Source: an uncultured bacterium
GTDB taxonomy: Bacteria > Verrucomicrobiota > Kiritimatiellia > PWTM01
NCBI GenBank assembly: GCA_900661335.1
Contig: CAACVY010000001.1
Location: forward strand, 1 to 59,378
Length of the DNA stretch: 59,378 bases
Direction of reading: 5' to 3'
The position numbers and the translations under genes are program-made. Below, piece by piece: positions 56,759-59,378 of this stretch; position 1 is the stretch's first letter; each line of letters opens with the position of its first letter. The notes under the pieces are model-generated. The model was not told the origin of the DNA. It saw nothing but the letters and a program-made list of their open reading frames with translations, and made no database searches.

Positions 56759-58111
56759 TCAGTAGGTGTACACGCTGCCGCCGATGAATTCCCGGATAAT
56801 CGAATTGGCGGGGATGCACGAGTCGTCGTGGACCTCGCGCAAAGGTTCCAACCACTCGGCTAGACGTTTGGCCCGCAGGTAGGCATCCTGCCGTCGGGGG
56901 TCGTCGCGGCAAAGCTTCATGGCTTCGGGCAGGAACGTGATGACACGCGGCTTGAGAATCGACAACTCGTGGGGCAACGCGCTGTTGAGGATGTAATCCG
57001 CGGTGTTGATGTAGGGGATGATGTACTTGAGCTCACTGGTTCGCACGTAGTGCCAATGGGTGATGGTCTGAACTGGCGCGTGGTTCCGTTGCCGGGCATC
57101 GCGGACCATGCGGCGCATCATCCGCAGGTCGGCCCAGCGCAAAAACACGCCATACCCGTTGCGAACTTGCTCGAGGGTTTCGATGTACAGACGAAACTTC
57201 TGATGGTCGGGTACTGCGGCCGTGAGCGGCCCGTAAAGTCCATGCAGGCTGTCGACGAGGAGAATCTCGTCCTTGCCCAGTTGCATAGGATGGACATCCA
57301 AGGTCCGCCGCCCGGTCTGGAAGTCATAGTGCGGGGTGCGAATGGGCCGCCCTTCCAGCAGCGCAGCCAGGTCGCGGTTGATTCGCTCGATGTCTAAGGC
57401 GTTGGGAGTTTCGTAGTCGTAGTCACCGTACTCGTCGCGGGGGTGGTTTTCTAGGTCAAAAAAGTAGTGGTCGAGATTGATCGGCACTAGGCGAAGCCCG
57501 AGCTCCCGCAGGTATTCCGACAGCCGCATCGTCGTGGTCGTTTTCCCCGACGACGAGGGGCCTGCAATGATGACCAGTCGTACGGTCCCTTGCCGTTCGC
57601 GGATTCGCTCGGCCGCTACGCGAAGATCTCGGTCGAAGCGAGCCTCCGCCTCGCGGACCAGTTCCGGGAAGCGACCCGACTCGACCCACTCGTTGAGGTG
57701 GTCGATGGTGTCGCACCGGTGGTCAAGGTTCCAGAGGAGAACCTCATAAATGATCCGGTACGGGATGTTATCGGTGGCTTCAACCCGCCTTGCTCGTGCG
57801 TCACGAAGCCGTGCCCGCTCGTGCCGATAGATGATGTATGCGCGGGCGACCTCGGGGTAACCGGAGTCCATGAGGATACGCTCGACGATGTCTTGGATGT
57901 CCTCGACGGTAGGCGGCGTGGAGCCGTAGGCCTGAACCAGCCAGGCTTCCACCTTTTCGGCGAGTCGTTCGGCCTCCTCGCGGCTGCCTTGGCGCAGAGA
58001 TGCGAACGCTTTGAGAATCGCGACGACGATTCGCTCGCGATCGTAGGGCACCGCCGTGCCGTCCCGCTTGATGACAGTTCGGGGGGCGGTCGGTGGATGA
58101 TCCGGCGGCAT
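56759..58111 (-). CDS. ATP-cone domain fused to a uridine-kinase-like P-loop kinase
   Basis: VIKRDG...YDRERI...VEDIQDIVE...ARAYIIYR (ATP-cone), Walker A AGPSSSGKTT, LDHYF and RRMVRD. Confidence 0.85.
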   Translation of the reverse strand: MPPDHPPTAPRTVIKRDGTAVPYDRERIVVAILKAFASLRQGSREEAERLAEKVEAWLVQAYGSTPPTVEDIQDIVERILMDSGYPEVARAYIIYRHERARLRDARARRVEATDNIPYRIIYEVLLWNLDHRCDTIDHLNEWVESGRFPELVREAEARFDRDLRVAAERIRERQGTVRLVIIAGPSSSGKTTTTMRLSEYLRELGLRLVPINLDHYFFDLENHPRDEYGDYDYETPNALDIERINRDLAALLEGRPIRTPHYDFQTGRRTLDVHPMQLGKDEILLVDSLHGLYGPLTAAVPDHQKFRLYIETLEQVRNGYGVFLRWADLRMMRRMVRDARQRNHAPVQTITHWHYVRTSELKYIIPYINTADYILNSALPHELSILKPRVITFLPEAMKLCRDDPRRQDAYLRAKRLAEWLEPLREVHDDSCIPANSIIREFIGGSVYTY

Positions 58112-58113
58112 GG

Positions 58114-59378
58114 TTAGTACAGGGTCTCTGCAAATCCCTCGAGCTTCTTGATCCGGCTCGGATGCCGAAGCTTCCGCAGCGCCTTGGCCTCGATTTGGCG
58201 GATCCGCTCACGGGTTACTTTGAAGCGGCGTCCCACTTCCTCCAAGGTCCGGGAGTAACCGTCCACGAGGCCGAACCGAAGCTTCAATACCTCTTGTTCG
58301 CGTTCCGTCAGCGTTTGAAGCACCTCGCGCAATCGCTCCTTGAGCATGGACTGCCCGGCGGCATCCGCGGGATCCTCCACGCTCGTATCCGCGATGAAAT
58401 CGCCGAAGGTCGTATCATCGCTGTCGCCAACTGGGTTGTGGAGGGAAATGGGCTGCTGTGCCATTTTGAGAATGCTCCGCACCCTCTCCACGGGCATGTT
58501 CATCTCCTCGGCGAGTTCCTCCGTGGTGGGTTCGCGCCCGAACTCTTGCTGCAACTGCTTCTGCACACGCATCAGCTTGTTGATCGTTTCGATCATGTGC
58601 ACCGGGATGCGGATTATGCGGGCCTGGTCGGCAATGGAACGTGTGATGGCTTGGCGAATCCACCACGTGGCGTAGGTGCTGAATTTGTAGCCGCGCCGCC
58701 ACTCGAATTTTTCGACCGCTTTCATCAATCCCATGTTGCCTTCTTGGATGAGATCCAAGAACGACAGACCACGGTTGGTGTACTTCTTGGCAATGCTGAT
58801 GACCAGCCGCAGGTTGGCTTCTACCATATCCGACTTGGCTCGCAGGGCCTTGCGCATCCACGACTTGAGCTCTTGATAGCGCGCTTCGAACTCTCCAACG
58901 GGCACCAAAGCATCGCGGGCGATTTCCGTCAGTTTTTGCTCCGCCTCCGCACGCCGAGCGGCCGCCGCTCGACCGGTCAAGCCATCCCGGCCGTCGTAGG
59001 CGCGACGGGCCATTCGGAACTGCTGGTAGACCTCGTCCGCGATGGCCATGCTGTCCTCGATCGCTTTTTGCTTGAAGCAGAGCTTCTCCAATAGATCCGA
59101 CATCTGCCGGCGAGCCTGCTCGAATGCTTTCCGGCGCTGTTCGTACGCGGGCCGCTTCGGATCCGTTCGTTGCCACGCGTCGAACCGCTCCAAGGCCACC
59201 TTGTGGGCGCGTCGAATTTCGGAGCAGAGCCGCGGCAGCGATTTCAGGTACTTGTCCCGTCTGGGCGCCAGCTTGTCGTTCACCACTCGGTCGAACCGTT
59301 CGCGGGAGCTCAAGAGCCGTTCCGCGATGCCGAGAAAAGCTCGAACGGCAAAGCCGAACGCGAGGAAACACTTCCGCG
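58114..59378 (-). CDS. rpoD: Primary sigma factor RpoD (N-terminus outside the window)
   Basis: [39 protein letters not shown] and [20 protein letters not shown]. The frame stays open to the window end. Confidence 0.97.
   Translation of the reverse strand, partial: RKCFLAFGFAVRAFLGIAERLLSSRERFDRVVNDKLAPRRDKYLKSLPRLCSEIRRAHKVALERFDAWQRTDPKRPAYEQRRKAFEQARRQMSDLLEKLCFKQKAIEDSMAIADEVYQQFRMARRAYDGRDGLTGRAAAARRAEAEQKLTEIARDALVPVGEFEARYQELKSWMRKALRAKSDMVEANLRLVISIAKKYTNRGLSFLDLIQEGNMGLMKAVEKFEWRRGYKFSTYATWWIRQAITRSIADQARIIRIPVHMIETINKLMRVQKQLQQEFGREPTTEELAEEMNMPVERVRSILKMAQQPISLHNPVGDSDDTTFGDFIADTSVEDPADAAGQSMLKERLREVLQTLTEREQEVLKLRFGLVDGYSRTLEEVGRRFKVTRERIRQIEAKALRKLRHPSRIKKLEGFAETLY

Overview
A GC-rich (roughly 60-65% by eye), gene-dense bacterial chromosomal segment. 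Gene content, a secreted protein with a PVC-type C-terminus and TCCAA-N3-TTGGA intergenic palindromes suggest a PVC-superphylum anaerobe, possibly Kiritimatiellia; this taxonomy is inference. Housekeeping content: pgk (partial), gap, tRNA-Val(TAC), hom-lysC-cimA, leuS, PPi-type pfk, glgX, gcvPA and rpoD (partial). Accessory modules: (i) an incomplete mevalonate operon (HMGR-fni-mvaS-mvk); (ii) a [FeFe]-hydrogenase maturation operon (TM1266-family gene, hydF, hydG; no hydE); (iii) a surface-glycan locus with two divergent initiating phosphoglycosyl transferases and a dTDP-3-formamido-3,6-dideoxyhexose pathway; (iv) a sensory [FeFe]-hydrogenase fused to a histidine kinase and coupled to a receiver-kinase; (v) an orphan hypF; (vi) three secreted glycoside hydrolases. 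The best candidate for something undescribed is a ~100-nt structured leader (22131-22260, minus strand) in front of the hydrogenase-maturation operon. It folds by hand into a three-way junction followed by an RBS-sequestering hairpin, and I cannot match it to a riboswitch class I know. No CRISPR array, integrase or transposase is evident. All assignments come from motif recognition by eye; no searches or folding programs were run.
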